Below, piece after piece: positions 9,188 through 17,846 of a stretch of DNA of 57,986 nt (its first letter is position 1; every line of letters starts with the position of its first letter). Origin of the DNA: an uncultured Chthoniobacter sp. (lineage in GTDB: Bacteria > Verrucomicrobiota > Verrucomicrobiia > Chthoniobacterales > JACTMZ01); NCBI GenBank assembly GCA_964545425.1, contig CAZJGQ010000001.1, positions 1-57,986 of the forward strand, written 5' to 3'. Under the pieces are notes generated by a model. The model worked only from the letters and a program-made list of their open reading frames with translations, made no database searches and was not told the origin of the DNA. Position numbers and translations under genes: made by a program.

Positions 9188-10045
9188 TCAAAGCGGGTTT
9201 TTCCGCCGGAATCTGTAGAGCGCCGCGGCGGCCAATCCAAAGACGGCGAGGGAAACGGTCGAGGGCTCGGGGACGACTTCAACCTGCAACCCCACCGCAT
9301 TACCGGCGCTGAAATCGTTGCCGACTTGGAACTGCACCGTGTCGCCAAGGTTGTAAGTATTGGTGAAACTGAAAGATTGAACGCTGTTGTTGGCCAAGAC
9401 GGATCTGGCGAGATTTATCCCGCCCAAGCTGTCGATAATGGCTACTGCCGCACTGTTTCCGCTCTGGTCACCGGAGACAAACAGTCCCGAGAAGGTGAAG
9501 GTGCCATTAGCAGGCGCCGTCCAAGTCAGCACTGGCGCTATGCCTTCGGAGCCTCCGCCGCCCAGCCAGCCCGACTGCATATAAATTAAGTTGGTCAAAC
9601 CTTGGGATAAACCGGGAGCCCCGGAGAACCATGCAGCATCATATCGGGCCAGAGCGGTTCCCCAGCCTTGATTGTCTTGATAACGTGCTAAGTTGTTGGC
9701 ACCGGCAACAAAGTCGGTTACTGGGCCAAGCACAGTTCCGGTCCCGATAGGAGCCACGGTTGAGTATTGATAAAGGTTCTGGCTGCCGCTTCCCGAAAAT
9801 TCCGCAGTGAAATACGACCCGATTCCGGTGGGCAATCCGAAACCGTTGACGTTGGCAGCATAGTAACCCCAAGCCGCGCCTGCGGTCGATGGGGTGACCG
9901 CGCCAGTCCATCCTGCCGCGGTGGGAGAGAGATAAAAGTCATTGTAAGCATTCCAACTGGTAACCATTTGCGCGCGGCCAATGGCCGGCAATGCGGCTAC
10001 AACTAGAAGCAGGGGGGGGAGAAAGGAGCGGAGGGTGTTTTTCAC
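9188..10045 (-). CDS. PEP-CTERM sorting-domain protein, one copy of an unrecognised 'WNAYNDFY' domain, 285 aa
   Basis: GTG start, a signal peptide and a C-terminal VPEPSTVSLAVFGLAAAALYRFRRK (PEP motif + TM + basic tail). It is a paralog of the next two genes. Confidence 0.85.
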   Translation of the reverse strand: MKNTLRSFLPPLLLVVAALPAIGRAQMVTSWNAYNDFYLSPTAAGWTGAVTPSTAGAAWGYYAANVNGFGLPTGIGSYFTAEFSGSGSQNLYQYSTVAPIGTGTVLGPVTDFVAGANNLARYQDNQGWGTALARYDAAWFSGAPGLSQGLTNLIYMQSGWLGGGGSEGIAPVLTWTAPANGTFTFSGLFVSGDQSGNSAAVAIIDSLGGINLARSVLANNSVQSFSFTNTYNLGDTVQFQVGNDFSAGNAVGLQVEVVPEPSTVSLAVFGLAAAALYRFRRKNPL

Positions 10046-10163
10046 GGAAAAATAATTGCATGGAACCGAGCCGCATGCTGTCTTTTTTCGACTAAAATCC
10101 CCTTTTTTTCATTAACCGCCCAGAAGCCGGAATCCGGTCGGCGGGCTCGGGCCCCCGCTTGAT

Positions 10164-11030
10164 TCAACCGATTTTAATTCCAAGCTTGCGCCGCAAGTAA
10201 AAGCGCCGGGCAATCGCGAGACCGAAGAGGCCAAGAGCCGAGAAGATGGTCGCTGGCTCGGGTACAGCATTAATTTCAAGCTGCAGCCCGACCGCATTTC
10301 CAACACTGAAGTTGTTGCCGACTTGGAACTGAACCACATCGCCCGCGTTGTAAGATGACTGGAAGCTGAAAGATTGAACCGAGTTGTTCGCCATGACCGT
10401 TCTGGAGAGGTTTGTCGCAGTCGGGCTGACGATGGCCACTGCCGCGCTATTGGCCGCCTGGTCTCCGGAGACAAAGAGGCCGGAGAAATTGTAAAGACCG
10501 GTTGCGGGCGCCTGCCAAATGAGCATCGAGGCGATTCCCTCGCCCCCCCCGCCCCCTAGCCAGACAGACTGCAGCCAGATCAAGTTGGTCAAACCTTGGG
10601 ACCATCCCGGGGCCCCGCTGAACCATGGTGTGCTGTAGCTGCCCAGGCTTGCGTGGAGGTCGCCTGGCGCTCCCCAGGCAACATTGTCATAGTATCGCGC
10701 GAAGCCGGCCCCACCGGTGGCATCCCACAAGGAGGTGCTGTAGACCGGTCCGCCGACACCCAAAGGATTGACGCTGGAAAATCTGTAGATCTCCGAAGTC
10801 AGGTAGGTCCCTACGCTGGTCGGACTTCCGAAGCCGTTGACATTGCCCATGTAGTATCCCCATGCCTGTCCGGTAGAGGACGGTGAGGTCGCGCCCCCCC
10901 ACCCGGCCGCGGTGGGCGAAAGGTAGAAGTCGTTGTAGGCATTCCAGAGAAGCGCGGCGCGGGCGCCCGATGTCAGCGCGGCTGCGGTCAGACAGATGAC
11001 GACCATGAGACTGCGGGGGGAAGCGCTCAT
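10164..11030 (-). CDS. PEP-CTERM sorting-domain protein, one 'WNAYNDFY' domain, 288 aa
   Basis: The ATG at 11030 gives MSASPRSLMVVICL... with a signal peptide. The C-terminus is VPEPATIFSALGLFGLAIARRFYLRRK. Confidence 0.85.
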   Translation of the reverse strand: MSASPRSLMVVICLTAAALTSGARAALLWNAYNDFYLSPTAAGWGGATSPSSTGQAWGYYMGNVNGFGSPTSVGTYLTSEIYRFSSVNPLGVGGPVYSTSLWDATGGAGFARYYDNVAWGAPGDLHASLGSYSTPWFSGAPGWSQGLTNLIWLQSVWLGGGGGEGIASMLIWQAPATGLYNFSGLFVSGDQAANSAAVAIVSPTATNLSRTVMANNSVQSFSFQSSYNAGDVVQFQVGNNFSVGNAVGLQLEINAVPEPATIFSALGLFGLAIARRFYLRRKLGIKIG

Positions 11031-11049
11031 GTAAGATTCCACGTTCGAG

Positions 11050-12714
11050 TTAGACGCTATTCTTTTCCGTTCTGCGCCACAGATAGCGCCGCGCGGGCCA
11101 AAGCATCAGGCCGAGCAAACCGATCGCCGCGATGATGGTCGAGGGCTCGGGAACAGCGGTGATATTGAGCTGCAACCCCACCGCATTGCCGGTTGTAAAG
11201 GAACTACCGGCTTGAAACTGAACAACGGTGCCTGCTTGGTAGAAACTTGTGAAATCGAAGGTTTGGAAACTGTTGTTCCCCAAGACGGTTCTGGCTAGTT
11301 CGAGGGCGGATTGGGTGTTGCCAAGGCCAGCAACAATGGCCACCGATGCGCCATTGCCGGGCTGATTTCCGGAGACAAACTGCCCGCTCAACGTGTAGTA
11401 ACCCGTCTCCGGAGCCGTCCAGGTCAGAACCGGAGCTATTCCTTCGACCCCTTCGCCACTCAGCCAAGCCGGCTGCATCCAGATCAAGTTGGTCAGACCT
11501 TGGGATAGCCCGGGTGCTCCGTCAAACCATGGCGTGTCATATTTGCCGAGACTGGATCCCCAATTGTAGTTGGCATCGTTGTAGAAAGCGAAGCCCGCTC
11601 CGTTGTTAGTGCCGCTACCAATGTTGGCCCAACCAGAAGTGCCGAGAACCGTGCCGGTCCCAATCGGAGCCATGCTCGAATATTGATAGAGACTCTGGCT
11701 GCCACCTCCTGAGAACTGCGGGGTAAAGAAAGAGCCAATCTGACTTGCATAGCCACCACCATTGACGTTGGCAGCATAGTAACCAAAAGCCGCCCCGGTG
11801 GTTGATGCATTGGTCGCACCCGTCCACCCTGCTGCCGTCGGTGTGAGGTAGAAGTCCGTCGCGGCGTTCCAGGTGGTTCCAATAGACTGGGTAACGCGGC
11901 TGATGTTGGCCTCGAGACCGAGTGGACTTCCTTGAGCGGCAGCAGCCGTGCCGACTTGGAATTGGACGACATCGCCTGCCTGATAGACTCTATTGAAAGT
12001 GTAGGTATTGACGGAAGAATTCGGCGCCAAAGTCTGCTTGGGCAACGCAACGTTGTTCTTGCTGTCCACGATGGCGAAATCCGTGGAGACGTCGCCGTAG
12101 TTGCCGTTAACGTAAGAACCGGTGAACGTGTACGTCCCGGACGTCGGAGCGGTCCACGTCACCATGGCTCCCAAACCGTCAGTGGAAGGAGACAGGCCAG
12201 TGCTCTGGATCCAAAGATACTTATCGTTGATGCCGCCGGGGTTGTTCGTGTAGTTCGGCGTCCCGGCAAACCATTCTTGGGTGTATTTTGCAATTTGGGA
12301 GACAGGACCGTAGGTGCTGTTGTATCCGATGTAATAATTGCTCCCTCCCAAGTAGTAACTCACTCCGGAACCGGCATAAGTTCCGCCTGATGTGAAAGAG
12401 TAGACACCTCCACTGGAGGGGGCCACATAGGTTCCAACGCTAGTCGGAAAACCAAAGCCGTTTAGGTTTACACCCGCATAACCCCAGGCGTTAGGGTTGG
12501 TCAGACCGGTGTCGTAAGGCCATGTTCCGGCGTTGGCGATCCAAGTGGATTGCGTGTAGTCGCCGTTACCGCCAGTGGCTGGGACGTCAACGTAGAAGTC
12601 GTTAAACGCGCTCCAAGTATTTGTGTTTGTCTGCGCGGACGCGGTGGTCGTGAAGATGCCGACAGTAAAGCCGACGATGAGGATGAGACTTGGGATGCGG
12701 TGGGGCGCTCGCAT
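11050..12714 (-). CDS. PEP-CTERM sorting-domain protein, two tandem 'W(N/S)A(Y/F)NDFY' domains, 554 aa
   Basis: It has a signal peptide and two internally repeated ~250-aa modules, each ending in GD/T-VVQFQ-G. The C-terminus is VPEPSTIIAAIGLLGLMLWPARRYLWRR. Confidence 0.85.
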   Translation of the reverse strand: MRAPHRIPSLILIVGFTVGIFTTTASAQTNTNTWSAFNDFYVDVPATGGNGDYTQSTWIANAGTWPYDTGLTNPNAWGYAGVNLNGFGFPTSVGTYVAPSSGGVYSFTSGGTYAGSGVSYYLGGSNYYIGYNSTYGPVSQIAKYTQEWFAGTPNYTNNPGGINDKYLWIQSTGLSPSTDGLGAMVTWTAPTSGTYTFTGSYVNGNYGDVSTDFAIVDSKNNVALPKQTLAPNSSVNTYTFNRVYQAGDVVQFQVGTAAAAQGSPLGLEANISRVTQSIGTTWNAATDFYLTPTAAGWTGATNASTTGAAFGYYAANVNGGGYASQIGSFFTPQFSGGGSQSLYQYSSMAPIGTGTVLGTSGWANIGSGTNNGAGFAFYNDANYNWGSSLGKYDTPWFDGAPGLSQGLTNLIWMQPAWLSGEGVEGIAPVLTWTAPETGYYTLSGQFVSGNQPGNGASVAIVAGLGNTQSALELARTVLGNNSFQTFDFTSFYQAGTVVQFQAGSSFTTGNAVGLQLNITAVPEPSTIIAAIGLLGLMLWPARRYLWRRTEKNSV

Positions 12715-13035
12715 AAGACAATAATGTCACACAGGCTGGGACAGCACTTTCGTTTTTAGGCGAAAAATACGGGTTTTTCGGCATGCCGTGAGAAGGCAAA
12801 GACCTCCCGGCTATGCGCTCAGCGGAAGGAGAATCAAGGGCAAGACTGATGACGCGGCATCCGAGCCCGAAACCAAGCGGAAACACCGCAAAAAAGGTGG
12901 CTCGCTTTTCCGCTCGGTCGCATTGTGTCGGAAATGCCGCGCAGTCTTCTGACGTCTCTGCTTTGCCACTCGCCAACTTCATGACGCGCATGCGTTGCTC
13001 TTTATATCTCACCGCCACGATGCAATGTATCGCTT

Positions 13036-13839
13036 GTGAAAATTCCTCTCGAAGATAATTTCCACGACATCCTCGGCAAGGCTTTCCGCGGCTCGGGGCT
13101 CACCGACGAGCAACTCGCACAGCAAACCGGACTCTCCGCCGAAACCGTCGCGGCGGTGAAAGACGGGCAGTTCGACGAAACCGCGGTGCGCAAGATGGCC
13201 GCGGTGCTTGGGCTCGGCGCCGACGCGCTTGTGGCGCTCGGACGCAAGGAGTGGGCTCCGCAGGATCCCGGGCCAATCGAGGGCCTGGCCTGTTTCAACA
13301 CGCCCTACGAGGACATGACGGTGAACAGCTACGTGGTTTGGGATCCGGAAACGAAAGAAGCGGCGGCCTTCGACACAGGGGCGGACTGCTCCGGCATGCT
13401 CGCACTGCCGGTCAAAATCGGGCAGATCCTCATCACGCACAGCCACGGCGATCACATCATCGAACTCGCGCGACTCAAGGAGGCAACCGGCGCACCAGCT
13501 TATGTCAGCGAGCGTGAACCGGTCGATGGCGCGGAACCGTTCGCCGATGGGCGCTCCTTCCGCATCGGCCGCCTCAAGGTCGAGACCCGCCGCACGAGCG
13601 GCCATGCCCGCGGCGGCATTTCCTATTTCATCACCGGTCTGGCCAAACCCCTGGTCATCGCCGGCGATGCCATCTTTGCCGGATCGATGGGCGGCGGCAT
13701 GGTCAGCTACACCGAGGCGCTCGAAACCGGACGCGCCGGACTGATGACCCTGCCGGACGAAACCGTCGTCTGTCCCGGCCACGGTCCCCTCACCACCATC
13801 GGCGAGGAAAAACGCCACAATCCATTCTTCAGCAAATAA
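13036..13839 (+). CDS. metallo-beta-lactamase-fold hydrolase (glyoxalase II-like) with an N-terminal XRE-like HTH segment
   Basis: GTG start. The N-terminus GLTDEQLAQQTGLSAETVAAVKDGQ...KMAAVLGLGADAL is HTH-like. The MBL motif THSHGDH and downstream His/Asp ligands (GHARGG, AGDAIF, PGHGP) follow. Confidence 0.75.
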   Translation: MKIPLEDNFHDILGKAFRGSGLTDEQLAQQTGLSAETVAAVKDGQFDETAVRKMAAVLGLGADALVALGRKEWAPQDPGPIEGLACFNTPYEDMTVNSYVVWDPETKEAAAFDTGADCSGMLALPVKIGQILITHSHGDHIIELARLKEATGAPAYVSEREPVDGAEPFADGRSFRIGRLKVETRRTSGHARGGISYFITGLAKPLVIAGDAIFAGSMGGGMVSYTEALETGRAGLMTLPDETVVCPGHGPLTTIGEEKRHNPFFSK

Positions 13840-13846
13840 TCCCATC

Positions 13847-14761
13847 ATGAAACGCATCGGAATCGTCGGCCTCGGCCGCATGGGCGCCAACATGGCGCGC
13901 CGTCTCAAAGAAACAGGATACGAAATCACTGCCGTCTATGACGTGCGACGCGACACGGCGGAGAAGCTTGCCGCGGAACTCGGCTGCGAAGCGAGCGCGA
14001 CTCTAGCCGGCGTCACTGCAGCGTCCGATCTGATCATCACGGTGGTGACGGACGACAAGGCCATGCTCGGCATATTCGCCGGCAAGAACGACAACCTCCT
14101 CCGCGGTGCAGCCGGGAAAGTTTTCGTCAATTGTGCCACGGTCTCGCCGTCCACCCACGTCACAGTGGAGAAGCTGGCCAAGAAAGCCCGCGCCGCCACG
14201 CTCGAAGGCTGCATGGCGTCGTCGATCACGCAAGCCCGTGACGGCACGCTCTATCTCATGTGCGGCGGCGACCGCGCCACATTCGATCGCGTTGCCCCGG
14301 TTCTCGCCAAGCTGAGCGACGAGGGCAAACTCATGCGCTATATCGGCCCCGCCGGCAGCGCAGCGAAAGTCAAAGCCCTGGTCAACATGGTGATGAACAT
14401 CAACACGGCCGGACTGGCCGAGGGACTCGGACTCGGCGCGGCACTCGGGCTCGACCTCAAGACGCTGATGGAAGTATTCGGCCAGACCGGCGCCAATTCG
14501 CGCGTGCTGGCCACCGATGGCGAGGACATGGTCAATCGCGACCACTCGTGCTTCTTCAGCGCGGCGCACGCAGCCAAGGACAGCGGCATCGCCCTCGCCC
14601 TGGCCAAGCAGAGCAAACTCGAACTGCCCCTCGCCGCCGCAACCTTCCGCCAATACCGCAAGATGGTCGCGGGCGGGCTCGGCGAACTCGACAAATCCGG
14701 CATCGCCGAACTCACCTTCAAAGGCCGCGGACCGAAAAAGAAAAAAGCGAAAAAGAAGTGA
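13847..14761 (+). CDS. NAD(P)-dependent 3-hydroxyisobutyrate/tartronate-semialdehyde reductase family dehydrogenase
   Basis: It has an N-terminal Rossmann motif IGIVGLGRMGANMARRL and the beta-hydroxyacid dehydrogenase core (AAKVKALVNMV, KD). The C-terminal tail is Lys-rich. Confidence 0.85.
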   Translation: MKRIGIVGLGRMGANMARRLKETGYEITAVYDVRRDTAEKLAAELGCEASATLAGVTAASDLIITVVTDDKAMLGIFAGKNDNLLRGAAGKVFVNCATVSPSTHVTVEKLAKKARAATLEGCMASSITQARDGTLYLMCGGDRATFDRVAPVLAKLSDEGKLMRYIGPAGSAAKVKALVNMVMNINTAGLAEGLGLGAALGLDLKTLMEVFGQTGANSRVLATDGEDMVNRDHSCFFSAAHAAKDSGIALALAKQSKLELPLAAATFRQYRKMVAGGLGELDKSGIAELTFKGRGPKKKKAKKK

Positions 14762-15591
14762 GCCAGCTGCATCACATCGCAGCGCTCTGGTCCACCAACC
14801 ATTACCCGTCCGAGCAGGCGGAATGGTCTCTCGAGGAAAAAATCGTCGACGCGAAAAAGGCCGGTTTCACCGGAGTGGCCGGCGGACCACGGCCCGGTTT
14901 GGGTGAACTAGCCAAGAAACACGGTATGACCGTCCTCGGCTACATCGCCTCGGGCCAAGCCTCGGAGTTCGCCGACGAAATCAAAGCGAACAAGGAAATC
15001 GGCGCGCACCATATCAACGTGCAATTGGCCGACGAGGACACGCTCACGCCCGAGGCTCTCGGTCTCACCTTGCTCATGATGCAGGAGGGCCGACGTCAAG
15101 GGGTCGAACCGGCAATCGAAATCCACCGCGACACCTGCACGGAAACGCCGGAAAAATCCTACGCCTTGGCTGATGCCTACCAAAAAGTCACCGGCGAACT
15201 GCTGCCCATCACCTGGGATTTCTCGCATCTCTCGGTGGTCAAGCATCTGCGGCCCGGCAACTACGCCGAACGGCTGCTAATCCGTCCCGACCTCATCCAG
15301 CGGGCGCAACAGTTCCATTTCCGTCCGTTCAACGGACACCATTGCCAAGTGCCGGTGACCGACGGACGCGGCAGTCTCACGCAGGAAGTTAAGGACTATC
15401 TCGTTTTCGTCGAGGCCGTGCTCAAGTGCTGGCTGTCCGGGAAGGAAAACGCCGACCGTGACCTCTTCGCCGTCCCTGAAATGGGCCCCGTATTAGGAGG
15501 CTACAACCTGACCACGCTGCCCAACAGCTGGGAGGACGCCAAAGTCCTGCGCGGCGAGATCGACAAAATCTGGAAAAAACTGACCGCGTAA
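14758..15591 (+). CDS. sugar phosphate isomerase/epimerase-like (xylose isomerase-like TIM barrel) protein
   Basis: The GTG at 14758 overlaps the upstream stop (GTGA). The earlier part of track ORF 14260.. is an Arg-rich overlap with the dehydrogenase gene. The family call rests on overall TIM-barrel-like pattern only. Confidence 0.55.
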   Translation: MSQLHHIAALWSTNHYPSEQAEWSLEEKIVDAKKAGFTGVAGGPRPGLGELAKKHGMTVLGYIASGQASEFADEIKANKEIGAHHINVQLADEDTLTPEALGLTLLMMQEGRRQGVEPAIEIHRDTCTETPEKSYALADAYQKVTGELLPITWDFSHLSVVKHLRPGNYAERLLIRPDLIQRAQQFHFRPFNGHHCQVPVTDGRGSLTQEVKDYLVFVEAVLKCWLSGKENADRDLFAVPEMGPVLGGYNLTTLPNSWEDAKVLRGEIDKIWKKLTA

Positions 15592-15604
15592 CTTCCGCGC
15601 GGTG

Positions 15605-17839
15605 TCAGCTTTCCTTCTCGAGCGTGACCTCGATGTATTTGGACATCGGAGTAAGACTTTTCACCGCGTGCTCGTCGATGCCGACAAGAACATTAGTTTC
15701 GGGATAATAGGCAGCAGCGCAACCGCGCGGGATGTCATAGAACACCGGACGGAATCCCGGCGCGCGGCGTTCTCGGCCGTCGGCTGCATGGCTACGGATG
15801 GTGACCAGTGATTTTTCGTCGAGGCCCAGCTCGCGCATGTCCACCGGATTGAGGAAAAGCACACGCCGCTCGCCTTCGATCCCGCGGTAGCGGTCCCCGC
15901 TGTCGTAGATCGTCGTATTATATTGGTTGTGCGAGCGAAGGGTCATCAGGCGCAGCCGGCCCGGAGCAACGGAAAGGTCGGGCAAAGGATTAACAATGAA
16001 ATTGGCGCGACCATTGGCCGTTTTCCATTCGCGATGCGCGGCGGGATTGCGCAGTTGGAATCCGCCCGGCTGCCGGATCTTCGCGTTGTAGTCCGCAAAA
16101 CCTGGAATGACCGCTTCGATGCGCTCGCGGATGCGGTCGTAATCGCCAACAAGCGCGTCCCAATCGACCGGACCGCCGGGAAAAAGCGCTTTGCCGAGTC
16201 CGGCCACGATAGCGGGCTCGGACTTGAGGTGCTGCGAAGCCGGACGATTACGGCCAGTCGAGGCGTGAACCATACTCATCGAGTCCTCCACCGTGACGGA
16301 CTGGCGACCGGACGCCTGCATATCGGTCTCGGAACGTCCGAGACAGGGAAGAATGAGAGCCTGCTTGCCATGGACGACATGGCTGCGATTGAGATGCGTC
16401 GAGACGTGCACGGTCATGTCGCAACGCCGCAGAGCCTCCCACGTGAATTCCGAATCCGGGGTGGCCGAAGCGAAATTGCCGCCCATGCCGAGAAAGAATT
16501 TGGCCCGTCCTTCGGCCATGGCTTTGATCGCGTGGACCACGGAATACCCGTGGTGGCGCGGTGCGGTGAAACTGAATTCCTTTTCCAGCCGGAGGAGAAA
16601 ATCTTCCGTCGGCTCCTCGGTAATGCCCATGGTGCGATCGCCCTGCACGTTGCTGTGTCCGCGCACCGGACAAGGGCCGGCGCCCGGGCGTCCAATGTTG
16701 CCGCGCAGGAGGAGGAGATTGACGATCTCCTGCACGTTGGCCACGCCGTGGCGGTGCTGAGTGATCCCCATGGCCCAGCAGCAAATAACATTCTTTGCCC
16801 CGAGGTAAACGTCCGCCGATTCAGCGATCTGCGCGCGGGTCAGACCGCATTGCTCGAGCAGGAGATCCGCCGGCGTCTCCAGAACCAGACGACGATAATC
16901 CTCAAAACCGTGGGTTTGGCCCGCAAGAAAATCGCCGTCGAGCACGGCGGGGTCCTCCGCCGCTTTTTCCAAAATGTGCTTGGCTATGGCGCGGACTGCC
17001 GCCTGATCGCCACCGACGCGCAGCTGGTAGTAATGCGAACTGATCGGCGTGCTGCGTCCGAAAATCATGTCCATCGCGTGCTGCGGATGCGTGAAATTGA
17101 GCAGCCCCGCTTCGCGCAGGGGGTTGAAACTGACGATGCGCGCGCCGCGTTGGGAGGCTTTCTCCAGTTCGGTGAGCATGCGCGGATGGTTCGTCCCGGG
17201 ATTCTGACCGAAAATGAAGATGGCGTCCGCGTGGTCGAAATCCTCGAGCGTCACTGTTCCCTTGCCCGTGGCCAACGACTCGCGCATGCCCACGCCGCTG
17301 GATTCGTGGCACATGTTCGAGCAATCCGGAAAATTGTTTGTGCCATAGAGACGCCCGAGCAACTGGTAGAGGAATGCCGCTTCGTTGCTCGTTCGCCCCG
17401 AGGTGTAGAAAAGCGCCTCGTCCGGTGAAGCCAGCGAGCGCAGCTGTTGCGCGATGCGCGCGAAGGCCTCGTCCCATCCGATCGGTTCGTAGCGGTCGGT
17501 CGTCGCATTGTAGGCCATCGGATGGGTCAGCCGTCCGGTGTTCTCCAACGTGAAGTCATCCCACTCCTGCATTTCGGTGACCGTGTGACGCGCGAACAAC
17601 TCCGGCGTGGCACGCTTCGACGTGGTTTCGTAAGTCAGCGCTTTGACCCCGTTCTCGCAGAATTCGGTGACCGAGGCGTCCTTCGGATCGGGCCAGGCAC
17701 AACCGGGACAGTCGAAGCCCTGCGGCTGGTTCATCCGGAAGAGCGTCGCGTTGCCCTTGAGAAAACTTTCCCGGCGCAAAAAATTCATCGAGGAGATCAG
17801 TGCCCCCCATCCGCCGGCTTTGTCTTTGGGCTTTGCCAT
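15605..17839 (-). CDS. FdhF/YdeP-family molybdopterin (bis-MGD) oxidoreductase, 744 aa
   Basis: The ATG at 17839 gives MAKPKDKAGGWGALISSMNFL...QPQGFDCPGCAWPDP, a YdeP-type N-terminus. Molybdopterin oxidoreductase blocks run throughout, and Moco-maturation genes lie directly upstream. Confidence 0.85.
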   Translation of the reverse strand: MAKPKDKAGGWGALISSMNFLRRESFLKGNATLFRMNQPQGFDCPGCAWPDPKDASVTEFCENGVKALTYETTSKRATPELFARHTVTEMQEWDDFTLENTGRLTHPMAYNATTDRYEPIGWDEAFARIAQQLRSLASPDEALFYTSGRTSNEAAFLYQLLGRLYGTNNFPDCSNMCHESSGVGMRESLATGKGTVTLEDFDHADAIFIFGQNPGTNHPRMLTELEKASQRGARIVSFNPLREAGLLNFTHPQHAMDMIFGRSTPISSHYYQLRVGGDQAAVRAIAKHILEKAAEDPAVLDGDFLAGQTHGFEDYRRLVLETPADLLLEQCGLTRAQIAESADVYLGAKNVICCWAMGITQHRHGVANVQEIVNLLLLRGNIGRPGAGPCPVRGHSNVQGDRTMGITEEPTEDFLLRLEKEFSFTAPRHHGYSVVHAIKAMAEGRAKFFLGMGGNFASATPDSEFTWEALRRCDMTVHVSTHLNRSHVVHGKQALILPCLGRSETDMQASGRQSVTVEDSMSMVHASTGRNRPASQHLKSEPAIVAGLGKALFPGGPVDWDALVGDYDRIRERIEAVIPGFADYNAKIRQPGGFQLRNPAAHREWKTANGRANFIVNPLPDLSVAPGRLRLMTLRSHNQYNTTIYDSGDRYRGIEGERRVLFLNPVDMRELGLDEKSLVTIRSHAADGRERRAPGFRPVFYDIPRGCAAAYYPETNVLVGIDEHAVKSLTPMSKYIEVTLEKES

Positions 17840-17846
17840 AGTTTGG

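Noticed and set aside
14260-14757. N-terminal 166-aa extension of the ORF that contains the TIM-barrel isomerase-like gene
   Set aside because: The extension is Arg-rich and fully overlaps the well-supported dehydrogenase gene. A GTG at 14758 that overlaps the upstream stop gives a sensible start.
14725-14761. Lys-rich tail (GPKKKKAKKK) on the beta-hydroxyacid dehydrogenase
   Set aside because: It may simply reflect the A-rich sequence before the overlapping downstream start. There is no evidence for a functional role.
15923-17428. 501-aa ORF antisense to the YdeP-type oxidoreductase; similar long antisense ORFs at 28202..29527, 46924..48087, 13009..13929 and 43138..44028
   Set aside because: All lie opposite genes with strong family motifs, have Arg/Gly/His-rich composition and show no recognisable domains. 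They are high-GC shadow ORFs.
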